Assembly: GCA_003220955.1 (NCBI GenBank)
Contig: QHTW01000075.1
Span: 1 to 38,216 of the forward strand
Length of the DNA stretch: 38,216 nucleotides
Reading direction: 5' to 3'
DNA from: Gemmatimonadota bacterium
Lineage (GTDB): Bacteria > Gemmatimonadota > Gemmatimonadetes > Gemmatimonadales > GWC2-71-9
Of this stretch, positions 28,139 to 36,191 are shown one piece after another. The translations under genes were made by a program, and so were the position numbers. Each line of letters starts with the position of its first letter. Positions within the stretch are counted from its first letter, which is position 1. The notes below the pieces were generated by a model that was not told the origin of the DNA, did no database searches, and worked only from the letters and a program-made list of their open reading frames with translations.

Positions 28139-29517
28139 CGCCGCACCCGAATTCCCCGGACGGCGAGGTCCGCTTTGATGCCGTCCACCGTCTCGTCGCG
28201 GTCGTGAAAGACCGATGCCGCGAGCACCGCGTCCACGCCGGCTGCAAAGGCCGCGGCGACGTGTTCCCGCGTTCCAACGCCGCCCGAGGCGATGACGGGG
28301 ACCCGAACCGCTTCCAACGCAGCGCGCAGCAGCCGGATGTCGTGTCCCGCCCGCGTTCCATCGCGATCCCAGCTCGTAAGCAGGATCTCGCCCGCGCCCA
28401 GATGCTCGCCCTCGCGAGCCCACATCACCGCGTCGGGTCGGGCGACCTCGCGCCCGCCGATGACCAGCACCTCCCAGCAATCCGCGGCGCAGCGCGCATC
28501 GATCGCGAGGACGACGCACTGGCGGCCGAACGCGTCGGCGAGCTCGGTCAAGAGCTCAGGGCGGCGCACCGCAGCCGTGTTGACGCTCACTTTGTCTGCG
28601 CCGGCGGAAAGGAGACAACGCGCGTCATCCACGCTGCGGACGCCTCCGCCCACAGTCAGCGGAATGCGGAGCGCCGCCCGCACGCGCCGCACCGTCTCGA
28701 CCTGCGTGCCACGGCCGCTGGCGGACGCCGCGACGTCGAGGATTACGATCTCGTCGGCACCTTGGGCTTCATACCGCGCCGCCTGCTCGGCGGGGTCGCC
28801 GGCGTCGCGCAGGTCCTGGAAGCGGATGCCTTTCACCACGCGGCCATCCTTCACATCGAGGCACGGGATGATACGACGCCGCAGGCCCGACGACCCGTTC
28901 GCTGCCGGCAAGGGTCGCGCCGTTCGACCCGTAAGCCAGCGCTCGAGCAGATCCGCGCCATACGCACCCGATAGCTCGGGGTGAAACTGGCAAGCGAGCG
29001 TATGCCCGCGTTCAAGCGCGGCGAGGAATGGCACGCCGTGCGTGGTCCAGGCGGTGGTCCATCCCGGCGGACTTTCACGCAGCGCGTAGGAGTTCGCGAA
29101 CGCCGCGACCCCGGGAGTCAGCAAACGCGCTTCTGGTTCGGGCGTCACGCTGTTCCAGCCGAGATGCGGGATCCGCACATGGGGTGGCAACCGGCGACAG
29201 GTTCCCGCCACAACGCCGAGTCCCGCCACCCCGGGCGCCTCCTCACTCGCCTCGCATAACATCTGCATGCCGAGACAAATGCCGAGGATCGGTGTGCCGC
29301 GTGATCCGTGATCGCGAATGGCGGTTTCAAGACCGCGAGATCGGAGCGCCGCCATGCCAGTGCCAAACGCGCCGACACCAGGCAAAACGATGCGTGCCGC
29401 GTCGCGCACGGTTGCAGGATCGGCGGAGATGATCACGCCAGCGTTGAGGCGTCGAAAGGCGCCGGCAATCGACGCGAGATTGGCGACGCCCGAATCCACG
29501 ATCACGACGTCACTCAT
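28135..29517 (-). CDS. hisHF: Single-chain imidazole glycerol phosphate synthase (HisH glutaminase fused to HisF cyclase)
   Basis: 460 aa from [10 protein letters not shown]. HisH motifs are GICLGMQ and QFHPE. A ~15-aa linker [15 protein letters not shown] follows, then His[17 protein letters not shown]...ASGGVG. No stop between the domains. Confidence 0.9.
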   Translation of the reverse strand: MSDVVIVDSGVANLASIAGAFRRLNAGVIISADPATVRDAARIVLPGVGAFGTGMAALRSRGLETAIRDHGSRGTPILGICLGMQMLCEASEEAPGVAGLGVVAGTCRRLPPHVRIPHLGWNSVTPEPEARLLTPGVAAFANSYALRESPPGWTTAWTTHGVPFLAALERGHTLACQFHPELSGAYGADLLERWLTGRTARPLPAANGSSGLRRRIIPCLDVKDGRVVKGIRFQDLRDAGDPAEQAARYEAQGADEIVILDVAASASGRGTQVETVRRVRAALRIPLTVGGGVRSVDDARCLLSAGADKVSVNTAAVRRPELLTELADAFGRQCVVLAIDARCAADCWEVLVIGGREVARPDAVMWAREGEHLGAGEILLTSWDRDGTRAGHDIRLLRAALEAVRVPVIASGGVGTREHVAAAFAAGVDAVLAASVFHDRDETVDGIKADLAVRGIRVRR

Positions 29518-30115
29518 GACTGGCAGCTCCGAGCGTGCCTTTGGTTGACGGCACGTCTTCGAATCCCGACACCCCCACCGCCTGACGCAGCGCCAGAGCG
29601 GTGGCCTTGAACGCCGCTTCGGCACGATGATGATCGTTTTCGCCCTTTAGTACATCGACATGCAGCGTCATGCGCCCCGCCGTCGCCAGCGAACGCAGGA
29701 AATGCCCGACATTCTCACACGCGAGGCCACCGATTGCCTGGCGTTGCAGGCTGAGCGCGACGTCTGAAAACGGCCGGCCGGAAAGATCGACGACCCCCCG
29801 TGCTAACGCCTCATCGAGCGGGGCGAGCGCCCAGCCGAAACGGTTGACCCCGCGCCGCTCCCCCAGGGCGCGGTCGAGTGCCTCTCCCACAGCGAGCGCA
29901 CAATCCTCGGCGGTGTGGTGATCGTCGACCTGCAGGTCCCCCTCGCACGTGAGCTTCAGGTCAAACCGCGCGTGGCGACCCAGCGTGTCGAGGAGATGAT
30001 CGAGGAAACCGATCCCCGTCTTTATCGTCGTCTTCCCGGTGCCATCGACATCGAGCGAGAGGTGAATCGATGTCTCGCGGGTGGTGCGCGTGACCGTGCC
30101 AGTGCGGGGATTCAT
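29510..30115 (-). CDS. hisB: Imidazoleglycerol-phosphate dehydratase (monofunctional)
   Basis: 201 aa. TRETSI...GIGFLDHLL...[10 protein letters not shown]...[14 protein letters not shown]. Confidence 0.95.
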   Translation of the reverse strand: MNPRTGTVTRTTRETSIHLSLDVDGTGKTTIKTGIGFLDHLLDTLGRHARFDLKLTCEGDLQVDDHHTAEDCALAVGEALDRALGERRGVNRFGWALAPLDEALARGVVDLSGRPFSDVALSLQRQAIGGLACENVGHFLRSLATAGRMTLHVDVLKGENDHHRAEAAFKATALALRQAVGVSGFEDVPSTKGTLGAASHE

Positions 30116-31851
30116 GACAGCAACTCCTCCAGATCGGCCAGTTGATCGAGCACGCGAGCGGCGCCCGCGTCGGCGAGAGCAGCGGCGGTTGCAGCGAGGT
30201 CATCGCCGGGCGCCACGACGCCGAGCGGCAGCACGTCGGCGCCGGCGGCGGCCCGGATGTCATCGGGGGCATTGCCCACCATCCACGCCCGTCGAGCTCG
30301 CAGGCGCGTGAGTGCGAGGCGAACCGGCGCGGGGTCCGGTTTGCGCGCGGCGTCTTCCATGCAGACGACAGCGCGGAACAGGTCCGCGACACCCTCGCGC
30401 TCGAGGAACCAGCGCGCCTCCTCGCGCGGCCGCCCCGTGACGACGGCGAGCGGCAGCCGCTTCGCGAGTCGTTCGAGCAGCGCGCGTGGCACGATCAGGC
30501 GCTCGCGTTCGCGCAACCCGGGCGATCCGGCCGCGCCGAGGTACAGCGCCTGGAAGCGTGTGGTGACGCTCGCGAGCTCGGCCTGGACGCCGCGCGCCGC
30601 GATCAGGCGCTGCGTCACGATCCAATCGTTCGCCGCGTCGCCCGCGCGCAACGCATCCTCGATGTCTTCCATTGTTACGTTCACGCCGTAGGTCTCGGCG
30701 GTTGCAATCATGGCCGCGCGCTGCGACTCGCGCACGTCGGCGAGCACGCCGTCGAGATCGAAGACGAGCGCCTCAGGCGCGAGCACCGTGTCGAGGGCGC
30801 TCGTGAGGCGCTCGAAGGCGGTCGGTTCACCGGGCAGCGTGATACGCAGCGCCGTGACGATGCCGGGCCGGTCGGGAAACTCGCGGACCAGCACTCGGAG
30901 CGCGGCGAGGCCGGCGGCACAGAACCTCGCGCGTCGGCCGCACTCGACGAAGACGAAGTTTGCCTGCGACGCGCGAGGAGAGAGTCCGAGCGACGCCAGC
31001 TGCCGGGTGAGTGCCGCGCGCTCCTCACGCACCCGCGCTACGTGCGCCGCGAGCGGCCCCGCACCGCGCTCGAGCTGTCGCATCGCCAGCGCCAGCGATG
31101 GGGCGGCGACGGGATAAGGGCCGCCCGCCGCGCGCAGCACGGCGACGACGTCCGCATTGCCAACCGCGTAGCCGACCCGGCACCCCGCGAGCCCCCACGC
31201 CTTCGAGAGCGTGCGGAGCACGAGGACGTTGGGGATGTCGAGCACGGCAGCGGTGAGATCGTAATTCGCATACTCGACGTAGGCATGATCGAGCAGGACG
31301 AGAGCGCCGGGCGCCGCGGCGGCGAGCCGGCGCACGTCCGCCAGCGTGGCCACGCCACCCGTCGGATTGTTGGGCGACACGATCGCGACGACCGCGGTGC
31401 GGGCGTCGATGCGCTCCGAAAACGCGCCGGTGGGAAACGCGTCACTCGGCCACGGCACGCGCACCAGTTCGCCCCCGGCGAGCGCCGCGTAGCGATCGAG
31501 CATTTCGAAACTCGGGTCGGGAAGCAGCAGGGTGCGGCCGGGCGTGAGGAATGCGCGGCAGGCACGATCGATCGCTTCATCCGCTCCGGCGGTGACGATC
31601 ACGCGCTCGGGCGCGACGCTCCAGTGCGCGGCGAGGCGGCCAGTCAGCTCGGCAACGTCGGGGTAACGACGAAGCACCTCTGGATCGGCCTGCGCCAACT
31701 CGGCCAGCACGGCCGGCGACGGCAGGAGGCCCTCGTTCCGGTCCAGTCGCAGCATGCCGGCGCCGCTGCGGACCGGCTGGTCATACGCAGACGCGGGATT
31801 GATCCACGAACGTGGCCCGCTCCTTTCCCCGGTCCTCGTCGCGGTCGTCAT
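30112..31851 (-). CDS. hisC: Histidinol-phosphate aminotransferase fused to a C-terminal HAD-superfamily phosphatase domain
   Basis: aa 1-~355 is a class II aminotransferase (SPNNPTG, PLP-Lys in RTLSKAWGLAG). aa ~360-579 is a HAD fold with FDLDGVL (motif I), VVTG (II), RKPDP (III) and VGNAPDD (IV-like). Confidence 0.9.
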   Translation of the reverse strand: MTTATRTGERSGPRSWINPASAYDQPVRSGAGMLRLDRNEGLLPSPAVLAELAQADPEVLRRYPDVAELTGRLAAHWSVAPERVIVTAGADEAIDRACRAFLTPGRTLLLPDPSFEMLDRYAALAGGELVRVPWPSDAFPTGAFSERIDARTAVVAIVSPNNPTGGVATLADVRRLAAAAPGALVLLDHAYVEYANYDLTAAVLDIPNVLVLRTLSKAWGLAGCRVGYAVGNADVVAVLRAAGGPYPVAAPSLALAMRQLERGAGPLAAHVARVREERAALTRQLASLGLSPRASQANFVFVECGRRARFCAAGLAALRVLVREFPDRPGIVTALRITLPGEPTAFERLTSALDTVLAPEALVFDLDGVLADVRESQRAAMIATAETYGVNVTMEDIEDALRAGDAANDWIVTQRLIAARGVQAELASVTTRFQALYLGAAGSPGLRERERLIVPRALLERLAKRLPLAVVTGRPREEARWFLEREGVADLFRAVVCMEDAARKPDPAPVRLALTRLRARRAWMVGNAPDDIRAAAGADVLPLGVVAPGDDLAATAAALADAGAARVLDQLADLEELLS

Positions 31852-32726
31852 GGCACGATCTGCGACAGAGCGGAGACGACGACGTCAGTGCCGCCGGCCG
31901 CTTTCACCGCGGGAATCACCTGTGGCAAGAGCTCACGCGGCACGGCGGCCTTTACTGCGTATCCGGTGTCGCCAAACAGTCGGGATACTGTCGCTTGGCG
32001 CATGGACGGCAGCACGGCCACCACGGCGTCGAGACACGCCCCCGACGCGTTCACTTCGAGCATGACGCGCCGACGAGCCTCGAGCACGGAGTTGATCAGC
32101 AACACTAGATCGTCGATGTAGCGGCGGCGTGTCGGATCATCGAGTGCCGCGCGGTGCGCATACAGCCGCGTGGATGAGGGCATCAACACGTCGACAATCG
32201 CGAGTCCGTTAGCGTCGAGGGTCGCACCGGTGGCGGTGTTGTCGACGATCACGTCGGCGTCTTCGGGAGGAAAGACTTCTGTCGCGCCGTAAGAGCGGAC
32301 GAACTCGGCGCACACCTTCTTTGCGTCGATCCAGCGGCGCGCCATCCGCTCGTATTCCGACGCGACGACGAGACGCCGCGCGGGCAGTCGCCCGCCTTCG
32401 AGCAGCGCGACGGGAGCAGCAGCCACGAGTTGCACGGGGTCGAGGCCCGTGTCGAGCAGCTCGACGACGTCGGCTTCCAGCTCCGCCACCCAGTCGGCGC
32501 CGGCGAAGCCCACATCGCGGCTGCCGAGCGCAAGCATTTCGACGATGTTCTGGGGTTTCAGGAGCTTCGCCTCGGCCCCGGGCAGTCCCACGTCGGGCCG
32601 ATAGCCCCGGGCGCTGGGACGCACGCGGATGCCGGCATCGGCGAGAAGGGTCAGCACGCCCTGCTCCATCCGGCCCTTGGGCAGGCCGAGGCGAAACGGG
32701 ACGGCGCGGCGGACGATTGTGGACAT
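31848..32726 (-). CDS. hisG: ATP phosphoribosyltransferase, long form with C-terminal regulatory domain
   Basis: 292 aa. LGLPKGRM..., DVGFAGADW, VDNTATGATL. GGAG sits 7 nt upstream of the ATG. Confidence 0.9.
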   Translation of the reverse strand: MSTIVRRAVPFRLGLPKGRMEQGVLTLLADAGIRVRPSARGYRPDVGLPGAEAKLLKPQNIVEMLALGSRDVGFAGADWVAELEADVVELLDTGLDPVQLVAAAPVALLEGGRLPARRLVVASEYERMARRWIDAKKVCAEFVRSYGATEVFPPEDADVIVDNTATGATLDANGLAIVDVLMPSSTRLYAHRAALDDPTRRRYIDDLVLLINSVLEARRRVMLEVNASGACLDAVVAVLPSMRQATVSRLFGDTGYAVKAAVPRELLPQVIPAVKAAGGTDVVVSALSQIVP

Positions 32727-32780
32727 CGATCGGCTCCATGTTGGCCGAACCGGAGTCCCCCAGAGTCCCGCGACGCCGCC

Positions 32781-32822
32781 CCAAAAAGCACGACGCCGGC
32801 CCTGGGGGGACCGGCGTCGGTG
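32781..32822 (-). terminator. Intrinsic terminator in the hisG leader (candidate attenuator)
   Basis: Minus strand CGACGCCGG-UCCCCCCAGGG-CCGGCGUCG followed by UGCUUUUUGGGG. About 55 nt upstream of the hisG ATG. No upstream co-oriented gene to terminate. Confidence 0.6.
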
Positions 32823-32848
32823 ATGATCAAGACTCTACACGCCTCCGG

Positions 32849-32905
32849 CTATCCCCCGTGTTCCGAGTGACCGTGGTGATGCCGGTGCGAAGAAGTACGC
32901 TTCAT
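32849..32905 (-). CDS. Candidate his operon leader peptide MKRTSSHRHHHGHSEHGG
   Basis: 18 codons plus TAG, read by hand (not in the ORF track). 6 His codons in the last 12 positions. Sits between a promoter-like element and the terminator. Confidence 0.55.
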   Translation of the reverse strand: MKRTSSHRHHHGHSEHGG

Positions 32906-32912
32906 TGACCGT

Positions 32913-32941
32913 GATATAGCGCAGTGGCGAAACTGTGTCAA
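32913..32941 (-). promoter_or_regulatory. Candidate sigma-70-type promoter of the his leader (TTGACA-17 nt-TATATC)
   Basis: Minus strand caTTGACAcagtttcgccactgcgcTATATCacggtcaATG. The -10 ends 7 nt before the leader ATG. Overlaps the start of the divergent M28 gene. Confidence 0.4.
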
Positions 32942-33963
32942 TGCGCATCGGCCTCATACCTCGGACGCGCTGGGGGCTGATCCGGATGATCGCGCTCGCC
33001 GGGATTCTGCCACTCCTCTTCCTCATCATCTGGCTGTTCACCGTCCGCATGCCGGGCCCGGCATTCTCGGGGCCGCTGCCGCCGCTCACGCCCAATCAGA
33101 TGCTCATCCGCGCGGGGCTGGAACGCCACGTCCGAGTGCTCGCGCACGATATCGGCGTGCGCAGCGATGCGACGTATTCCAACGTCCTCCGGACATCAGC
33201 TTACATCGAACGCCGCCTGCAGGATCTCGGGTATACAGTCGACACGCAGGAGTTCTTCGCCCTGGGTCGCTCCTATCGCAATATAGAAGCGACGCTGCCC
33301 GGGGCGCCCGGGCATGCGCATGAAGTCGTCGTGCTCGGTGCCCACTACGACACCGCCGAAGAAGCGCCTGGCGCCGACGACAACGCGAGCGGCGTGGCGG
33401 GCGTGCTCGAGCTGGCTCGAGTGTTCGCCCACGAGCGCCTGGCTCGCACTGTGCGATTTGTCTTTTTTTCAAATGAGGAGCCGCCGTCGTTCCCGACGGC
33501 CGACATGGGGAGCCGGCATTACGCCACCGCTGCGCGGGCGCGCAACGACCAGATCGTCGCGATGCTGTCGATCGAGTCGATTGGCTACTACGACACTGAG
33601 AAGGGCAGCCAGCGATATCCCTTCCCGCTCAACTACGCGTACCCGGATGTCGGCGACTTTATCGGATTCGTGTCGAATCTCAAGTCGCGCGCGCTGCTGC
33701 ATCGCGCGATCGCGGCGTTTCGCGCGCACGCTACTCTGCCGACGCAGGGCGCAGCGGCGCCCGCATGGGTGCCGGGCGTCTGGTGGTCGGATCATTGGTC
33801 GTTCTGGCGGGAAGGCTATCGGGCGATCATGATCACCGATACCGCGCCGTATCGGAATCCGTTCTACCACACTCCGCAGGACACGCCCGACAAGCTCGAC
33901 TACGACCGCATGGCGCGGGTGGTGCACGGATTGTCGTACGTCGTGCGCGCGCTGGCAAATTGA
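32935..33963 (+). CDS. M28 family zinc aminopeptidase, membrane-anchored
   Basis: VVLGAHYDT...GADDNASGVAGVLELAR...FFSNEEP...GSRHY. GTG at 32935 or ATG at 32941. Confidence 0.85.
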   Translation: MSMRIGLIPRTRWGLIRMIALAGILPLLFLIIWLFTVRMPGPAFSGPLPPLTPNQMLIRAGLERHVRVLAHDIGVRSDATYSNVLRTSAYIERRLQDLGYTVDTQEFFALGRSYRNIEATLPGAPGHAHEVVVLGAHYDTAEEAPGADDNASGVAGVLELARVFAHERLARTVRFVFFSNEEPPSFPTADMGSRHYATAARARNDQIVAMLSIESIGYYDTEKGSQRYPFPLNYAYPDVGDFIGFVSNLKSRALLHRAIAAFRAHATLPTQGAAAPAWVPGVWWSDHWSFWREGYRAIMITDTAPYRNPFYHTPQDTPDKLDYDRMARVVHGLSYVVRALAN

Positions 33964-33970
33964 GGAACGC

Positions 33971-34636
33971 CTAGCGGTCCAGTCGCGCAAACGCGCGCAC
34001 CGGAAAGCTCCCCATCCCTTTTACCCGTGGCGGCACCGCGAAGAAGCGAAAACCGCTCTCGGGCAAAGCGCCGAGATTCGTCATGTGCTCGACGATCGCC
34101 ACGCCCCCCCCCAACAGGATCGTGTGGGCGGGTCGGTTCCCGTCCTTGTCGTCATCGATGTTGAGCGAATCGATCCCCACAAGCGCCGCCCGCGCCTTCA
34201 CCAGGTACTCAGCAGCGTCGCGGGTCAGGAACGGATGTTGGCCGCTGGAATAGGTGTCGGTGCGCCAGTGCGCGTCCCACGCCGTGTGCACGAGGACAGC
34301 CTTTCCTTTTAGATCGAGCGTGCTGAAGCGCGCAGCGTCTATGCCTCGACCCGCCGCATCCTTCACCCGCACCACGATGCCGGGCAGGTCGGCTACCGCG
34401 TCGAGCGCATATCCCGCGACGTCGCGGCCGTCCGGGTATCGATGAAACGGCGCATCGATGTACGTGCCGGTGTTGGCGAGGAGGTCGATCTTGCCGATCT
34501 GGAAAGTGGTTCCCGCGGCGTAGCGCGCCGTTGATGCGTCGCGGGACAGCCAATCGCTGATCGCCGGGGCGGGAAGGCCGCGATACGTCACCATCCCGTG
34601 CTCGATCTCGTGACTGAGATCGATTAGCTGGGCCAT
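33971..34636 (-). CDS. Cyclase family protein (kynurenine formamidase-like fold, degenerate metal motif)
   Basis: 221 aa. IDLSHEI..., NTGTYIDAPFH where the family motif is HxGTHxDxPxH, and VGIDSLNID. Confidence 0.8.
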   Translation of the reverse strand: MAQLIDLSHEIEHGMVTYRGLPAPAISDWLSRDASTARYAAGTTFQIGKIDLLANTGTYIDAPFHRYPDGRDVAGYALDAVADLPGIVVRVKDAAGRGIDAARFSTLDLKGKAVLVHTAWDAHWRTDTYSSGQHPFLTRDAAEYLVKARAALVGIDSLNIDDDKDGNRPAHTILLGGGVAIVEHMTNLGALPESGFRFFAVPPRVKGMGSFPVRAFARLDR

Positions 34637-35016
34637 ATCCGTGCGAGCGCCTTAAGCAGCTGTCCCTCCGGGGTCGAACCTTCGGGAGCTTCGGAAAGCA
34701 CAGTCACCAGACGCCGTCGCAGGAGCGGATCCCGCGCCGCCTGAGCCGCGAACTGCACCGTCAGAGGAATGAACCAAGCTGCCTGCCGCGCCCCGGACCC
34801 GGCGCGGGCCACTGCGGCATACTGCTCGAAGAGCGCCAGCAGGAAAGCGCCCTTGGATGGGAAATGTCGATAGATTGCACCCTTGGTGAAGCCGGCAGCG
34901 AGCGCGACTTCGTCGAGGGTTGCGATTTCGAAGCCACGTTCGGCGAACAGCTCCAACCCGGCCGCCACGAGCAGAGCGCGAGTCTCGGCCTTACGTCGCT
35001 GGTGAATGATTCCCAC
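34624..35016 (-). CDS. TetR family transcriptional regulator (short, 130 aa)
   Basis: TetR HTH: LVAAGLELFAERGFEIATLDEVALAAGFTKGAIYRHFPSK. Overlaps the cyclase gene start by 13 nt. Confidence 0.85.
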   Translation of the reverse strand: MGIIHQRRKAETRALLVAAGLELFAERGFEIATLDEVALAAGFTKGAIYRHFPSKGAFLLALFEQYAAVARAGSGARQAAWFIPLTVQFAAQAARDPLLRRRLVTVLSEAPEGSTPEGQLLKALARIWPS

Positions 35017-35057
35017 GAGTATCTAGGATACCTGTCGGCACCTTTGACGCAAGACTC

Positions 35058-35077
35058 TGGATACCTTCCGGTATCCA
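35058..35077. promoter_or_regulatory. Candidate TetR operator TGGATACC-TTCC-GGTATCCA
   Basis: Perfect 8-bp inverted repeat 42 nt upstream of the tetR start. Extra GATACC half-sites at ~35026 and ~35078. Confidence 0.5.
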
Positions 35078-35170
35078 AGATACCGCTTGGTCCCTTGACT
35101 GAGCTAAGCGTCAGTCTAGGTTTGCGATTCGCCGCCCGCTTGCACCACAGTTACGCGCTCAGGAGAAGCA

Positions 35171-35443
35171 ATGCCGTACATCATCGCCGAGCCGTGCATA
35201 AATGTTAAGGACCGATCCTGCGTCGACGTGTGTCCGGTGGACTGCATCTACGAAGGCCCGGACATGCTGTACATCCACCCCGACGAATGCATCGACTGCG
35301 GCGCGTGCGAACCGGAGTGCCCCGTGACGGCGATCTTCCCCGAGGAAGACACCCCGCCGCAATGGAAGGACTACATCGCGAAGAATCGCGACATCTTCCA
35401 AAGCGAAAACCCGCCCGGCAAACCGCAGCGCAAAGGCTCCTAA
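35171..35443 (+). CDS. fdxA: Ferredoxin (7Fe-type, [3Fe-4S][4Fe-4S] FdxA-like)
   Basis: [27 protein letters not shown]...[17 protein letters not shown] 7 nt upstream. Confidence 0.9.
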   Translation: MPYIIAEPCINVKDRSCVDVCPVDCIYEGPDMLYIHPDECIDCGACEPECPVTAIFPEEDTPPQWKDYIAKNRDIFQSENPPGKPQRKGS

Positions 35444-35444
35444 C

Positions 35445-36191
35445 TCAGAGTTGAGCCAGGAAGGCGTTCAAGGCGTCGTTCACCGCCTGCGGTTGTTCCA
35501 GCGGCGACAGGTGACCCGATCCAGGGATGACCGTGAACTGTGCGCCAGGAATAGCGCGAGCCATTTCCTCCATCCCTTCGGCCGGCGCAATCTGATCGTC
35601 GTCGCCCGCAACCACCAGAATCGGAATCCGAATCTGTCCAAGTACGGGCGTCGAATCGGGGCGGTCTCGGAGTGCGCGCAGCGAGACGACCATTCCATTC
35701 ACCGGCTGCCTCTCGATCATCGTCGTCACCTCGCGCACGACCGCCGGTTGACGTTCTCGCGTGACCCGTGCGAGGACCTTCGGCACGAGCTCCGCAGCGA
35801 TCGCCCCCGGGCCCTCGCGTTCGGCTTTTGCGGCCATGGTGTCGCGTGAGCGTTTTGCCTCCGGGGTGTCCGCGGTCGCTTTCGTGTGGCAGAGAACCGC
35901 TGCGCGCACACGCGTCGGGAACGCGCGGAGCAACTCGAACACGATGTAACCTCCCATCGATTGACCGCACACCACTACCTGGTCGACCTGCAAATCATCG
36001 AGGATACCGACAAGCCGAGTTGCCTGATCGGCGATCGAGTACGGACCCGCTGCAGCGAGAATATTCACCAGTCCCGCGCCCCACAGGTCGGGAACGATGC
36101 GTTCCCATTGCGACAGCGCGGCGATTTGGTGTCGCCACATCGCACTGTCGAACGGGAAACCATGAATGAAGAGTACCGGGAGATCGATCAT
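35445..36191 (-). CDS. Alpha/beta hydrolase
   Basis: LFIHGFP and nucleophile elbow GQSMGG. 248 aa. Confidence 0.85.
   Translation of the reverse strand: MIDLPVLFIHGFPFDSAMWRHQIAALSQWERIVPDLWGAGLVNILAAAGPYSIADQATRLVGILDDLQVDQVVVCGQSMGGYIVFELLRAFPTRVRAAVLCHTKATADTPEAKRSRDTMAAKAEREGPGAIAAELVPKVLARVTRERQPAVVREVTTMIERQPVNGMVVSLRALRDRPDSTPVLGQIRIPILVVAGDDDQIAPAEGMEEMARAIPGAQFTVIPGSGHLSPLEQPQAVNDALNAFLAQL

Noticed and set aside
30142-32121. 659-aa plus-strand ORF. Similar long ORFs occur at 19266-20426(-), 24603-25772(+), 24964-26076(-), 36206-37219(+), 10917-11882(+), 2578-3642(-), 8620-9357(+) and 28204-28974(+).
   Set aside because: All lie antisense to, or off-frame within, genes with clear family signatures (hisC/hisG, thiC, ggt, PLP enzyme, ABC permease, MFS, mnmG, hisF). 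Their translations are Arg/Pro/Gly/Ala-rich low-complexity strings with no motifs. This is the expected stop-codon-poor artefact of high-GC DNA.
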